Positions 30,421 to 40,461 of a stretch of 64,000 bases of DNA are shown here, one piece after another. Source of the stretch: Anaerolineae bacterium (lineage in GTDB: Bacteria; Chloroflexota; Anaerolineae; Aggregatilineales; UBA3940); NCBI GenBank assembly GCA_034435375.1, contig DAOTXR010000048.1:16984-80983 (forward strand), in the 5' to 3' direction. Position numbers and translations under genes: made by a program. Under the pieces are notes generated by a model. That model made no database searches. It was not told the DNA's origin and worked only from the letters and a program-made list of their open reading frames with translations. Each line of letters starts with the position of its first letter. The stretch's first letter is position 1.

Positions 30421-30639
30421 GAGATACCTCCCTGAACCAGCAAGAAGCTGATCGTGAAAAGGGCGGGGTCGGGGACGCAATTGGTGATAACAGCTATCTT
30501 TTATATCAGATTTTGAGGCGGAATACAATGAGCGTCTGGGCTTACCAGCCGTGGGCGATTATGAGGTGCAGGCCGGCGTCTTCCTCTGAGTGGATGCGAG
30601 GGTTACTCCCGGAACCGATCTGGCAGGCCAACGTGGATG

Positions 30640-31821
30640 TCAGCTCGTCCAGGTGCGCCGCAGAACAGCAAAAGTCCAACCGTCTTCGCGGCGGGCGACC
30701 TTGTAAATCCAGCCGCGGCCAAAGAATGGTTCAAAGCGACAGTCAAAGCTGACAAGCCCTTCGCAATTGACGGGAAGTGTCTCTGGGTAGCTGATCACAA
30801 TGGTCGCTGCCGAGTCGCCGGGACGTTTGAACTGAGAGAATCGACCGGGCGGTGGTCCGCTGCGCTGTTGAAGCTGTGGTCCCTGCGATACATACTCCCA
30901 CACGCCGACGATCTCAGCATCGTTGGCGCGGGGATCGGGCGGTGTGTCACCTCCATAGCGGCGCACGGTGATGGTGCACCGATCTGGGATGCGTCCGTCA
31001 CTCAGAAATGTATCCAGGATCAGATGTTCGATGGCAACCCGCACGATCAGGAACTGGAGCAGATCGTCATCACTGGCTTCGATCTGGCGGTGCATCCAAT
31101 AAATGGGGTGCAGGCGGTCCGGGGGAGGTTCTGGGATTTCGGAGGGTGGGTTCAGGAACTGTTCAGCTCGCTCGTCCATGAGGCCCAGCGCCCACTGGGC
31201 AGCATCACGCACCCGGGGATCCTCATCCTCAATCAGGTCCTCCAGGCGGGGCCGTTCGGTCTCCGAGCCAATAGCTCCTAAAGCCCGGGTTGCGACGATC
31301 CGCAGGCTTTGGTCCTCCAACATCTCCAGAATGTCGGGCAGAACGAGCAGCCGGCCACTGTGCGCCAGTGCCATGATAGCCTGAACCAGAGTACGCTCAG
31401 CCAGGACGCGTGTGGGCGAAAAGCGCTTGCCCTGTTCAGCGTAGACCTTCTCCCTGGCCTCCTGGATCAGGTCGCGAATTGGTTCAATTGCCAGCTCATT
31501 GGGATAAGTCTCCAGCAATCGGGTGGCGATCAAGCGCTGTTCCCAGTCGTCTACGGCCAGGAACGGGATCAAGGCCTCGGCCAAGCCGTAGCGGTCGAGG
31601 GGCATGTATTTGTTGGCCAGCACTCGCAGGGCCTCCAACCCAGCACGTCCGGCCTCTGGCGGCTGATCGCGCAGATGCTCAACCACGGCGTCCAGGGCCT
31701 CTGCCTCACCCACGGCAGCCAGTCGCTCTAGAGCCTCTTCCTGTTCACTGGGGGACCCGTGGCGCAAATCGTGTAGCAGCTCGGCTTGCGTGCGGTAGTC
31801 AGAGCTTGGTTGAGCAGACAT
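30640..31821 (-). CDS. HEAT-repeat protein with C-terminal domain of unknown function
   Basis: 393 aa. The N-terminal ~230 aa are PBS-lyase-type HEAT repeats (EEALERLAAVGEAEALDAVVEHLRD; RIVATRALGAIGSE...LIEDEDPRVRDAAQWALG). The C-terminal ~150 aa match no family I recognise. SD GGGAGAGG lies 8 nt before the ATG. Confidence 0.7.
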   Translation of the reverse strand: MSAQPSSDYRTQAELLHDLRHGSPSEQEEALERLAAVGEAEALDAVVEHLRDQPPEAGRAGLEALRVLANKYMPLDRYGLAEALIPFLAVDDWEQRLIATRLLETYPNELAIEPIRDLIQEAREKVYAEQGKRFSPTRVLAERTLVQAIMALAHSGRLLVLPDILEMLEDQSLRIVATRALGAIGSETERPRLEDLIEDEDPRVRDAAQWALGLMDERAEQFLNPPSEIPEPPPDRLHPIYWMHRQIEASDDDLLQFLIVRVAIEHLILDTFLSDGRIPDRCTITVRRYGGDTPPDPRANDAEIVGVWEYVSQGPQLQQRSGPPPGRFSQFKRPGDSAATIVISYPETLPVNCEGLVSFDCRFEPFFGRGWIYKVARREDGWTFAVLRRTWTS

Positions 31822-31833
31822 AAGTCTTACCTC

Positions 31834-31847
31834 TCCCTGGCCAGGGA
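31834..31847. promoter_or_regulatory. Perfect 14-bp palindrome TCCCTGGCCAGGGA overlapping the Shine-Dalgarno of the HEAT-repeat gene
   Basis: Read directly. One arm (AGGGA on the mRNA) is part of the SD GGGAGAGG (31830-31837). Confidence 0.4.
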
Positions 31848-31925
31848 AGCTAAAACATTGTACGTGGCAGTTGGCCTAAGGGTTTCCCCGAAGGTTTTTT
31901 TCGAGACTTTCAGGGAAACCTCAAG

Positions 31926-31960
31926 TTTTGCGAAAAGTAATCGAGTTATTTTTCGCAAAA
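31926..31960. terminator. AT-rich 11-bp hairpin immediately after the icd stop (putative terminator)
   Basis: TTTTGCGAAAA-13 nt-TTTTCGCAAAA, 3 nt from the icd stop codon (31964). A second inverted repeat GGTTTCCC...GGGAAACC lies at 31881-31920. Confidence 0.5.
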
Positions 31961-31963
31961 CAC

Positions 31964-33217
31964 TTAAAGGTTGCGCATATTCTCGATCACAGCTGACGCA
32001 AACTCTGAAGTCTTGACCTCCCGCGCGCCCTCCATCTGGCGGGCAAAGTCGTAGGTCACGATCTTTTGCTTGATGGTAGCCTCATATGACTGTGTAATGA
32101 GGTGGGCAGCTTCCCACCACTGCATATATTCTAACATCATCACGCCAGAAAACAGCAAGGAACCAGGATTCACCTTGTCTAGGTTGGCATACTTGGGAGC
32201 CGTGCCATGGGTTGCCTCGAACAGCGCCACGGTGTCGCCAATGTTTGCACCCGGCGCGATGCCGACACCGCCTACCTGAGCGGCCACTGCATCTGAGAGG
32301 TAATCACCGTTCAGGTTAGGCGTGGCCAACACGTCGAACTCAGTGGGACGCAGCAGCATCTGTTGGAACATGATGTCGGCAATCCTGTCCTTGATCACAA
32401 CTTTGCCTTCGGGCTGTTTGCCATCATACTTTGACCACAACTCTTCTTCGGTGATAGTGTAGTCGCCAAACTCTTCGGCTGCTACTTCATAACCCCACTT
32501 GCGGAAAGCGCCTTCTGTGAATTTCTGAATGTTGCCTTTGTGTACCAATGTGACACTCTTACGGCCTCGTTGGAGAGCGTACTGGATCGCCATGCGAACC
32601 AATCGCTTGGTGCCAAAGGCGCTGATCGGCTTGATGCCAATCCCTGCACCCTCAAAGAATTTGGCCCCCATCTCCTCGCGCAGGAAACGAGCTACCCGCT
32701 CATTTTCACGTGTTCCAGCCTCATACTCGATGCCGGCGTATACGTCTTCGGTGTTTTCGCGGAAGATGACCACATTAGTGTTCCACGGTTCACGCAAGGG
32801 ACTGGGCACACCCTGATACCAGCGCACCGGACGGACGCAGGCGTACAGGTCCAGCTCCTGGCGCAATGTGACGTTCAGACTACGGAAGCCCTCCCCCACC
32901 GGCGTGGTCAGCGGACCTTTAATGCCAATCACAAATTGGCGCAGCGCCTCAAAGGTCTCTTCCGGCATATAATGGCCACCATAGATTGAGGCAGCCTTCT
33001 CACCCGCATAGACCTCCATCCAGACTATGCGGCGCTGGCTGCCGTAAGCCTGCTCAATCGCAGCATCCCAGATGCGGCGTGACGCCCGCATAATGTCAGG
33101 TCCAATGCCGTCACCCTCAATGAAGGCGATGATTGGCTGATCGGGGATGTGCAGCTTGCCGTCGGTGATCGTCACCGGTTCGCCGCGATTGGGCACAACG
33201 ATGTGTTCAAAACTCAT
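31964..33217 (-). CDS. icd: Isocitrate dehydrogenase (NADP-dependent, prokaryotic Icd type)
   Basis: 417 aa. [52 protein letters not shown]. Confidence 0.95.
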   Translation of the reverse strand: MSFEHIVVPNRGEPVTITDGKLHIPDQPIIAFIEGDGIGPDIMRASRRIWDAAIEQAYGSQRRIVWMEVYAGEKAASIYGGHYMPEETFEALRQFVIGIKGPLTTPVGEGFRSLNVTLRQELDLYACVRPVRWYQGVPSPLREPWNTNVVIFRENTEDVYAGIEYEAGTRENERVARFLREEMGAKFFEGAGIGIKPISAFGTKRLVRMAIQYALQRGRKSVTLVHKGNIQKFTEGAFRKWGYEVAAEEFGDYTITEEELWSKYDGKQPEGKVVIKDRIADIMFQQMLLRPTEFDVLATPNLNGDYLSDAVAAQVGGVGIAPGANIGDTVALFEATHGTAPKYANLDKVNPGSLLFSGVMMLEYMQWWEAAHLITQSYEATIKQKIVTYDFARQMEGAREVKTSEFASAVIENMRNL

Positions 33218-33427
33218 TCTGATGCTCTCCCCTATGACAATTCCGAGATGCTGATGTGGAAGGCCAAAACTGAAACGGATTTGTATAGAACGTAGCCAGA
33301 GATTTCATTGGCGAATTATACCATACGGCGTGAGGGGGCTATCAACGGGAGGTCTGTACTAGGGGAGTCATCCCAGGCGTGGTATACTTCCGCTGGCCCC
33401 AGCCTATCTTGACACGGGAGACATAGC

Positions 33428-34387
33428 ATGCACACCATCATCGGTGTCGATGTCGGCGGGACGCTTGTCCGCGCTGCGCTTTTTGACCACAACTTCACTT
33501 TGTTAGAGCGAATTGAGCAGCCTGTTCTGGCTGAGCGGGGCGAGGAAGCAGTGATTGCTCGACTGATCGAGACCATCGAGCAGGTCTTGCCCGAGTCGGC
33601 TGAAGATCTGGCTGGGATTGGCATAGCGCTGCCCGGGCCGCTCGACCCAGAACATGGGATCGTGATTGCCACGCCCAACCTGCCCTTCAGGAATGTGCCT
33701 ATCGCTAGATTGGTGGAGGATGCCATCGGCGGGCCGGTGTTCATCGGCAACGATGCTGATCTCGCGGGCCTGGCCGAGCATCGCTTTGGCGCCGGGCGTG
33801 GCACACGTAACATGGTTTACATGACGATCAGCACTGGGATCGGCGGTGGGCTGATTCTCAACAACCGACTGCACACTGGGCTTGGGCAGGGTGGGGAGAT
33901 CGGTCATATGGTTGTTGATCCCGCCGGACCGGTGTGTGGCTGTGGCCAGCGTGGCCATCTGGAAGCTGTCGCCTCAGGGACAGCCATTGCGCGCATCGCT
34001 CGCGAGCGGCTCGCAGCCGGCAGTGCATCCGCTATCCATGACATGGTCGGCGGCGATCTGACCCTGATCACGGCCCAAGCTGTCGGGCAGGCCGCTCAGA
34101 ATGGCGATCCATTGGCGCGGGAGATCATCGCTCAGGCCGGATGGTACATTGGCGTTGGCATCAGTTCACTGATGATGCTGCTCAATCCCGACCTGTTTGT
34201 GCTGGGCGGTGGTGTCACCCGGCTGGGGGAGCTGCTATTCGAGCCAATGCATAAGGCCGCCCGTGAGTTTGCCATGCACCCGATTTTCTGGGAAAACACG
34301 CCGATTGTTACTGCGGAGTTGGGAGGGGATGTAGGTCTGTTTGGTGCGGCGGCGTTGGTGCAGATGCGGCTGGAAGAAAGTCAGTGA
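33428..34387 (+). CDS. glk: ROK-family glucokinase
   Basis: 319 aa. IIGVDVGGT N-terminus, GIGGG, ROK zinc motif GHMVVDPAGPVCGCGQRGHLE. Confidence 0.85.
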   Translation: MHTIIGVDVGGTLVRAALFDHNFTLLERIEQPVLAERGEEAVIARLIETIEQVLPESAEDLAGIGIALPGPLDPEHGIVIATPNLPFRNVPIARLVEDAIGGPVFIGNDADLAGLAEHRFGAGRGTRNMVYMTISTGIGGGLILNNRLHTGLGQGGEIGHMVVDPAGPVCGCGQRGHLEAVASGTAIARIARERLAAGSASAIHDMVGGDLTLITAQAVGQAAQNGDPLAREIIAQAGWYIGVGISSLMMLLNPDLFVLGGGVTRLGELLFEPMHKAAREFAMHPIFWENTPIVTAELGGDVGLFGAAALVQMRLEESQ

Positions 34388-34410
34388 GGGCGGGTTATAA
34401 TCGAATAGCT

Positions 34411-35793
34411 TCAGCGCTGTCTAGCGTGCCGATCTTCCGAACTGCGGCGAAAGCTCAACAGGATAGGTGTACCGGTGAAGGGGTAAGCAGCCCGAATCTG
34501 ATTCTCCAGATACCGCTCGTAGGAGAAGTGCACCAGTTCTGGATTGTTCACATGGAACAGGAACTTGGGCGGATCGACCGCCACCTGGCTGGCATAGCGA
34601 ATCTTGAGGCGCTTCCCAGATTGGGTCGGCGGGGCCTGGCGGGCAACTGCATCCTGCACAATGCGATTAACCTCAGACGTGGCCAGGCGGTGGAAGCGCT
34701 CTTCCCACACCTGCTTAGCCAGTGGGATCAGCTTGCTGGCACGTTGACCCGTCAGCGCCGAGATGAACATCAGTGGCGCATAAGGCAGAAATTTAAACGC
34801 CTCACGCACCAGATCGGTAAAAGTATAGATGGTGTAGCTGTCCTTCTCAACGGCATCCCATTTGTTGACAACGATAATAACGCTCTTCATCTCTTCCAGT
34901 ACGTAACTGGCGACGTGTGTGTCTTGTGAGGTGACGCCCTCGGTTGCGTCGATCATCAGCAACACAACATTGGCACGCTTGATGGCCTTGAGCGCTCTGA
35001 GCACACTCCACCGCTCGACAGTCGGATCAATCTTGCCGCGGCGGCGGATGCCTGCCGTATCGATCAACGTGATCGGCTCACCGTGCCAAGTAAGCTGTGT
35101 GTCGATCGCGTCGCGGGTAGTACCCGGCACCGGGCTAACGATCACGCGCGGTTCACCTAACAGGCGATTCAACAGCGATGACTTGCCCACGTTAGGCCGT
35201 CCGACAATGGCAATCTTGAGGGAGGTATCTTCTTCATCAGATTCCGGTGGCGCGTGCGGCAGATGCTCGACCACAGCGTCCAGCAGATCGCCCACCCCCG
35301 TTCCATGCAGGGCTGAAATGGGGAACACCTCCCCCAGGCCCAGTGCGTAAAAGTCAGTTGCGTCGAAACGCAGGCTAGGGTTATCGCCCTTGTTGGCCGC
35401 GATCAACACTGGCTTGCCCGACTGGCGCAAGATGTGGGCCACCTCTTCGTCAGCAGATGTCAGGCCGGCCATCACGTCCACCACCAGGATGACCACATCG
35501 GCCACTGAGATGGCAGCCTCAGCCTGCTCACGAATCTCCTGCAAAAAGCGAGCCGAGTCCTCGGCTAGCGGTTCCGACTCGCCCCTGAGCACCTCTTCCA
35601 ACGCCTCGATCCCGCCGGTGTCAACCAGCGTGAAAACGACGCCCCGCCACTCGGCCTCAGCCTGCTGACGGTCGCGTGTCGTGCCTGGGCGATTGTGGAC
35701 GACGGCCAATCGTTCGCCGACGACACGATTAAACAGAGTCGATTTGCCCACGTTGGGTCGCCCTACCAGAGCGACCATCGGATAACTGCTCAT
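34411..35793 (-). CDS. der: Ribosome-biogenesis GTPase Der (EngA)
   Basis: 460 aa. Two G domains (GRPNVGKST twice, DTGG/DTAG, NKGD/NKWD) and a KH-like C-terminus. Confidence 0.95.
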   Translation of the reverse strand: MSSYPMVALVGRPNVGKSTLFNRVVGERLAVVHNRPGTTRDRQQAEAEWRGVVFTLVDTGGIEALEEVLRGESEPLAEDSARFLQEIREQAEAAISVADVVILVVDVMAGLTSADEEVAHILRQSGKPVLIAANKGDNPSLRFDATDFYALGLGEVFPISALHGTGVGDLLDAVVEHLPHAPPESDEEDTSLKIAIVGRPNVGKSSLLNRLLGEPRVIVSPVPGTTRDAIDTQLTWHGEPITLIDTAGIRRRGKIDPTVERWSVLRALKAIKRANVVLLMIDATEGVTSQDTHVASYVLEEMKSVIIVVNKWDAVEKDSYTIYTFTDLVREAFKFLPYAPLMFISALTGQRASKLIPLAKQVWEERFHRLATSEVNRIVQDAVARQAPPTQSGKRLKIRYASQVAVDPPKFLFHVNNPELVHFSYERYLENQIRAAYPFTGTPILLSFRRSSEDRHARQR

Positions 35794-35799
35794 AAGTTC

Positions 35800-37104
35800 C
35801 TACGGAGTTCCACTGGGTGAACCTGTCCCGATCTGGACCTGGATCAAGGTCGGCAGCACTGACTCGATCAACACTTTCTGCAGTTCGGTGGCTGGGATCT
35901 CCCCGCTGACGATCTGAACTTCTGGCTCAATCTGGTAACTCCCTGGTTCCAGGCTGGACAGATCAAGGGTGACGATCACCTCTTCTTGGGGATCAAGGTT
36001 TTCAAGGATCGGCAACGGGCCGGACAGGAACACGACCGCTGTGTCGGGCAGCAAGGTTGCCGCCAGATTCTCGCCCAACCCTACGGTCTGGATCGGGATT
36101 TCCAGCACACGAAAGTCAGGCTGCGCCTGGACGACAATGTTGACCTGTACCGTGGTAATGCCTTCTAGCGTTACGCCCTCCGGCGGGACCAACTGGGCAT
36201 TGATGGTGGTGCTTTCTTTCAATCCCGGCAGGTTGATAGGCTGTGTCTCGACGAATAGCAAACTCTTAATGACATTCGGATCGCCACGCACTGGCACGAG
36301 AGGCGGATCCGCCGTGACGCGCGAAATGTAGTATCCTGGGGCAGGCAGGACGTTAGCCGCATTGACCCGCACGGCTACCTCGCGAAAGTCCTCTTCCTGG
36401 TAAATGGGAATGGTGACGTTGGCAGTAGGTGGTGTGATCGTCACATGGGTGACCACATTGCCATCGCTATCGTAAGCTTGCAGAGTCAGCGATCCCTGGA
36501 ACGTGTCACGCAGCCCGGCGAGCGAGGTTGAGGCACGGACTTCGCTGACAAGCGAAACACGTGAGCGAGGGCCGTCGATGATGGCCATGGTGGGAACGAT
36601 CTCAGCGACCTGGGCGCGGAAACCAACGGGCAACTCGCCCTGCGTTGTCACGTGAATTGGCATCTCGCGTTGCTGGGTTTCCTCAAGTTCCACCCGGATC
36701 TGGGCCGGACGGGAAGCCACCACTATAGCCCGGGCTGCAATCTCAACCTGGAGAGGGACCAGGTGCACACCCGGCCCCAGTCCGGTTAGATCGGCAGTGA
36801 TGGCGAAATCTTCCTGCGAGAGCGAGCGCAGAGTCGAGCGCGGCGCACGCAGCTCAACAATCGCTGAGTCGGGCGGTTCGTTGATGATGATCAGGTCGGA
36901 GTCCATCCCCACAATCTCGATAGGGATCGGGCGCTCAAAGTCGGTTTGTTCGACCGGGTTTTCTTCCTGTGTGGCAGCGATCCACACCGTCAGAGCCAGT
37001 AGGATGGCGAGCAGCATCGAGATCAGATTGGACTCAAGCCACCGGAGCCATCGATTCCACATAGACCACAATTCTATCTGACGCCGCGACGCTGGGACAG
37101 CCAC
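35800..37104 (-). CDS. cdaR: YbbR-domain protein (CdaR-like regulator of diadenylate cyclase)
   Basis: 434 aa. N-terminal membrane helix, then repeated ~90-aa beta-rich YbbR-like units. Lies immediately downstream of cdaA. The GTG 37104 start overlaps cdaA by 31 nt. The alternative is ATG 37062. Confidence 0.75.
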   Translation of the reverse strand: MAVPASRRQIELWSMWNRWLRWLESNLISMLLAILLALTVWIAATQEENPVEQTDFERPIPIEIVGMDSDLIIINEPPDSAIVELRAPRSTLRSLSQEDFAITADLTGLGPGVHLVPLQVEIAARAIVVASRPAQIRVELEETQQREMPIHVTTQGELPVGFRAQVAEIVPTMAIIDGPRSRVSLVSEVRASTSLAGLRDTFQGSLTLQAYDSDGNVVTHVTITPPTANVTIPIYQEEDFREVAVRVNAANVLPAPGYYISRVTADPPLVPVRGDPNVIKSLLFVETQPINLPGLKESTTINAQLVPPEGVTLEGITTVQVNIVVQAQPDFRVLEIPIQTVGLGENLAATLLPDTAVVFLSGPLPILENLDPQEEVIVTLDLSSLEPGSYQIEPEVQIVSGEIPATELQKVLIESVLPTLIQVQIGTGSPSGTP

Positions 37105-37916
37105 AACGAGAATGGTGGGCGCTCGTGACGCTGCCGAATATACTCAGCCAGGATCATTGCCAGACGCTCGGTGTCAAGGCCGCGAATGAAGCGCCCGCCA
37201 ACCGCGACCGAGATACGCCCTGTCTCTTCAGACACGACAATCGTTACCGCGTCGCTGACTTCCGAGATGCCTAGCGCCGATCGGTGGCGCAGCCCCATCT
37301 GTGGATCGGGCATGTGCCGAGTGGTCGAGATTGGCAGCGTGCAGGCGGCAGCCACAACCCGGTTGTGACGAACAATGGCCGCGCCATCGTGGAGGGCTGT
37401 GTTCGGGAAAAAGATCGTCAGGAGCAGTTCGCTAGTGACCTCGGCATCCAAACGGACTCCCGACTCGATGTACTCCTGCAAGCCGGTGTCCCGTTCGATG
37501 ACAATTAGCCCGCCCTGCCGCCGCCGCGACAGATGGGCAACAGCATCACATACCTCGTCGATCAGATGCTGGCGCTCATCGCGGCCCACTCTCTCTTCGC
37601 CAAAGAATGGCAGGAAACGCCCCAGACGGTCGAGCCAGCGGCGCAGTTCCTCCTGGAAGATCACCGGCAAGGCAATCGATAAGGTGGTCAGGGTACGGCT
37701 GAGCAGCCATGAAAAGGCGCGCAGGTTGAGCAAGAACGACAAAGTCCACAGTAGGATGAGCACCACAGCGATCCCGCGCAGAAGCGTCGCGGCACGAGTG
37801 CCACGCACGAGTTGCAGGATCAGGAAAAAGATAGTAGCAACTAGCAGAATGTCAAGCACATTCTGCCAACTGCTTAGCAGATTCTCAATTGCCCACAGGA
37901 TCTCTGTCAGGCCCAC
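37074..37916 (-). CDS. cdaA: Diadenylate cyclase CdaA (c-di-AMP synthase)
   Basis: 280 aa. Three N-terminal TM helices plus a DAC domain (GGLIVIERD, LHDGAAIV, GLRHRSALGISEVSDAVTIVVSEETGRIS). Confidence 0.92.
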   Translation of the reverse strand: MGLTEILWAIENLLSSWQNVLDILLVATIFFLILQLVRGTRAATLLRGIAVVLILLWTLSFLLNLRAFSWLLSRTLTTLSIALPVIFQEELRRWLDRLGRFLPFFGEERVGRDERQHLIDEVCDAVAHLSRRRQGGLIVIERDTGLQEYIESGVRLDAEVTSELLLTIFFPNTALHDGAAIVRHNRVVAAACTLPISTTRHMPDPQMGLRHRSALGISEVSDAVTIVVSEETGRISVAVGGRFIRGLDTERLAMILAEYIRQRHERPPFSLWLSQRRGVR

Positions 37917-37937
37917 GCGAGGTCTCTCAAACCGGCA

Positions 37938-40208
37938 TCAGCGAGCACCGCTCTCCAGTTGTTCAAGGAGATGGCGGTATCCCTCTACATCCGGCGGATT
38001 CATGCCGATGATCTTCTTGATAGTTGCTATGGCTTCGTCTATGCGGCCTGCGTCGAGCAGCAGCTCGCCTAGCGCATCCATCTGCGCGATGGACTCCTGG
38101 ATGCGTCCATTCTGGCGATAGACCTCGGCCAACCTCTGGCGCAGGGGGATCACGTCTGGGCGCTGCCGGACCTGATCCTCTAGGATGGGGAGGATGTGAG
38201 CGCCCTGGCCAGTGGTAATGCACTGCCGAATGCAGTTGTCCAACGCAGCCACAGCCTTGGCTGCTTCGCCAACCTGGAAATACAGGTCCACTGCCGCCAG
38301 TGCCGAGGTTCTGTCACTGGGGTCCAGCTCGATCACGCGGTCGTAGTAGCGTAGTGCTTCGCGCCAGTTGAGTCGCTGACTTTCAATGTCGGCCAGGGCC
38401 TTCAGAATTGGCACGATAGCCGAGGCCTCGGCATTTTTGCGTTTGGCATAGTCGAGCGCCTCGCTGTACACCCGTGTAGCCTGGTCTGGATCGGCCATCA
38501 GGCGGTAGTACAGATTGGCCAATTCGGCATAGTGATGCAGTGCCTCAGAGACACGTTCCTGGCTGATCATCATGTCGATCACCCGTCGGCGAGCCTCAGT
38601 GTCTGCAGGCCACAAGTCGATCACCTCGGCGAACAGATCAGCAGCCTTGTCCATGTTGCCCCGCATCAGGTAGGCGTTGGCGATCAGGTTAATCTTGACC
38701 ACAGCCTCCTGGGTGCGTGCCTCTCGAATGAAGATGTCTGCCAGACGCCGATGGGCAGGCAGGTAGTCTGGCGCCCGCCCGATGGCATAGTGAACCTCCT
38801 CAATGGCCATGGCTAGCTGATTACGCTCCATGTACATGTTGATGCGCTGCATTACATCAGCGATCTCGGGCCGTCCACCCTCAATAATCAGCTCGAGCAG
38901 GTCCTGCACATAGCTGACTTTGCCCTGGGCGGTGTAACTCGTCACCGATGTGTGGAGCTTCTCACGCCACTTGGCATCTTGAAGGTAAAAGGTCAGCGCT
39001 TTTACCAGCTCATTCAGGTACTCGACAGGCTGCTCGGTCAAGCCAGACAGCGCCCGCTCGTAGCCGCGCACGTCGACCTGGCCCGTATTGACCAACTCAT
39101 CGACCATGCGCAGAGCCTGAAGCAGATGCGTGGCCGAGGCGCGCAGATCATCCTGGGCGAAAAAGGCCTGTCCCAGCACTAGATGGCTAGCCAGCGAATA
39201 GTCGGGATTATCAGCGATGCGGGCCAATATTGTAACAGCTTCTTGAAACCGACGGGCGTGATTGTACAATGCTCCCAGGCAGAAGCGCAGCGCTGGGTGA
39301 TCCAGACCTGCCTTAAGCACTTGAGAGTATGCTTCAATCGCTCCTTCTAGGTCCCCGACCTGGTGGGCATCAATCCCTTCGAGCAGGGGAGCCTGTGCCG
39401 CAGGGGGCACTTCTCCTGTCCAGATGATGTCGGCAAGAACACCCATTGCGTAGCGAGCTGTCTCGTCGATGGGTGTACGCCCCACCTCGCCCTCTTCTAG
39501 GGCCTTAATCAGTTCGTCTTCCTGCTCCTCCTCAGCAACCTGCGGTGCAGGCTGGCCCAGGGGACCGGTCGATCTGGGCTGGGGGGCGGGCGTAAGCTGC
39601 TCGCCAACCTGGATCGGCTTGCCTCGCTTAAGATCATCCACCGCGTTGCGGACGTCTGAGTTAATGGAATCGAGATTCAGCGCTCGCTGCAGGGCTTGCT
39701 CAGCACGTTGAACCTGTCCATACTGCTGGAGCAGGCGAGCAAGCTGCAGGTATTCATAGATGGCCTGCTGGTGTGTAGCCGGGTTTTGCTCATAAACAAG
39801 GGCCAGCCGCATGTGGGCCTGGGCTACATCTGGGTCCAGACGAACAGCATTCTCCCAGTTGGGAACGGCCCGTTGTATATCTTTGCGGGCCCAGTAGACC
39901 TCACCAGCAGTCAGGTATTTCTGAGCTGCCTCTCTAGGTTTGCCGATAATCTCGAAGATCTCGGCCAGTTTCTCTTGAGGGAGCGGATCGCTGGGCACCA
40001 GCTTGCTGACACGTTCGTAGGTGCCGATAGCCTGATTGTACTGACCAGCCCCCATCTGACACGACGCCAACCCGACCAGTGCCTGTGAGTCGTCAGGAGC
40101 AGCCTGGAGGGCACGTTGATACGCCTGGATGGCACGTGCCCAGTCCTGATCCCAAGCTGCACTGGCTGCCTCTTTCATTGCCGCCTGATATACATTCGTC
40201 TGCGACAT
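37938..40208 (-). CDS. Large cytoplasmic TPR-repeat protein
   Basis: 756 aa of degenerate 34-aa Ala/Leu/Tyr-patterned repeats (e.g. WARAIQAYQRALQAAPDD, AIGTYERVSKLVPSD, ALRYYDRVIELDPSD). No signal peptide. The stop is 21 nt before the cdaA start. Confidence 0.8.
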   Translation of the reverse strand: MSQTNVYQAAMKEAASAAWDQDWARAIQAYQRALQAAPDDSQALVGLASCQMGAGQYNQAIGTYERVSKLVPSDPLPQEKLAEIFEIIGKPREAAQKYLTAGEVYWARKDIQRAVPNWENAVRLDPDVAQAHMRLALVYEQNPATHQQAIYEYLQLARLLQQYGQVQRAEQALQRALNLDSINSDVRNAVDDLKRGKPIQVGEQLTPAPQPRSTGPLGQPAPQVAEEEQEDELIKALEEGEVGRTPIDETARYAMGVLADIIWTGEVPPAAQAPLLEGIDAHQVGDLEGAIEAYSQVLKAGLDHPALRFCLGALYNHARRFQEAVTILARIADNPDYSLASHLVLGQAFFAQDDLRASATHLLQALRMVDELVNTGQVDVRGYERALSGLTEQPVEYLNELVKALTFYLQDAKWREKLHTSVTSYTAQGKVSYVQDLLELIIEGGRPEIADVMQRINMYMERNQLAMAIEEVHYAIGRAPDYLPAHRRLADIFIREARTQEAVVKINLIANAYLMRGNMDKAADLFAEVIDLWPADTEARRRVIDMMISQERVSEALHHYAELANLYYRLMADPDQATRVYSEALDYAKRKNAEASAIVPILKALADIESQRLNWREALRYYDRVIELDPSDRTSALAAVDLYFQVGEAAKAVAALDNCIRQCITTGQGAHILPILEDQVRQRPDVIPLRQRLAEVYRQNGRIQESIAQMDALGELLLDAGRIDEAIATIKKIIGMNPPDVEGYRHLLEQLESGAR

Positions 40209-40461
40209 ACCCTTATGCCCACTCTGAGCCGTGCCCGCCGCACGTTGCGCTGGGGAATATCACGAACGAGGTCAGTATACATGATCCACACGGCTGTCGC
40301 AATCGACTTCCACCCGATAGGCTTTGCGCCATGCCTCTGCACAAACTGCGATTCCAAACGGACAGATCGCGTGCTGCAACCGCAAGAGTCGTTGCTGCTC
40401 GTTCGATGGCCTATGGTCTTGTTAGTAGACCTCTTCCGAATTAAAGTTCGTGGAGGTTAGC

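Noticed and set aside
30421-30528. 36-codon N-terminal extension of sdhC
   Set aside because: It has no SD and odd composition (Pro/Arg-rich). ATG 30420 has GGGAGG at ideal spacing. A plausible promoter (minus strand TTGTAT, 17 nt, TATAAA; 30500-30528) lies within the extension.
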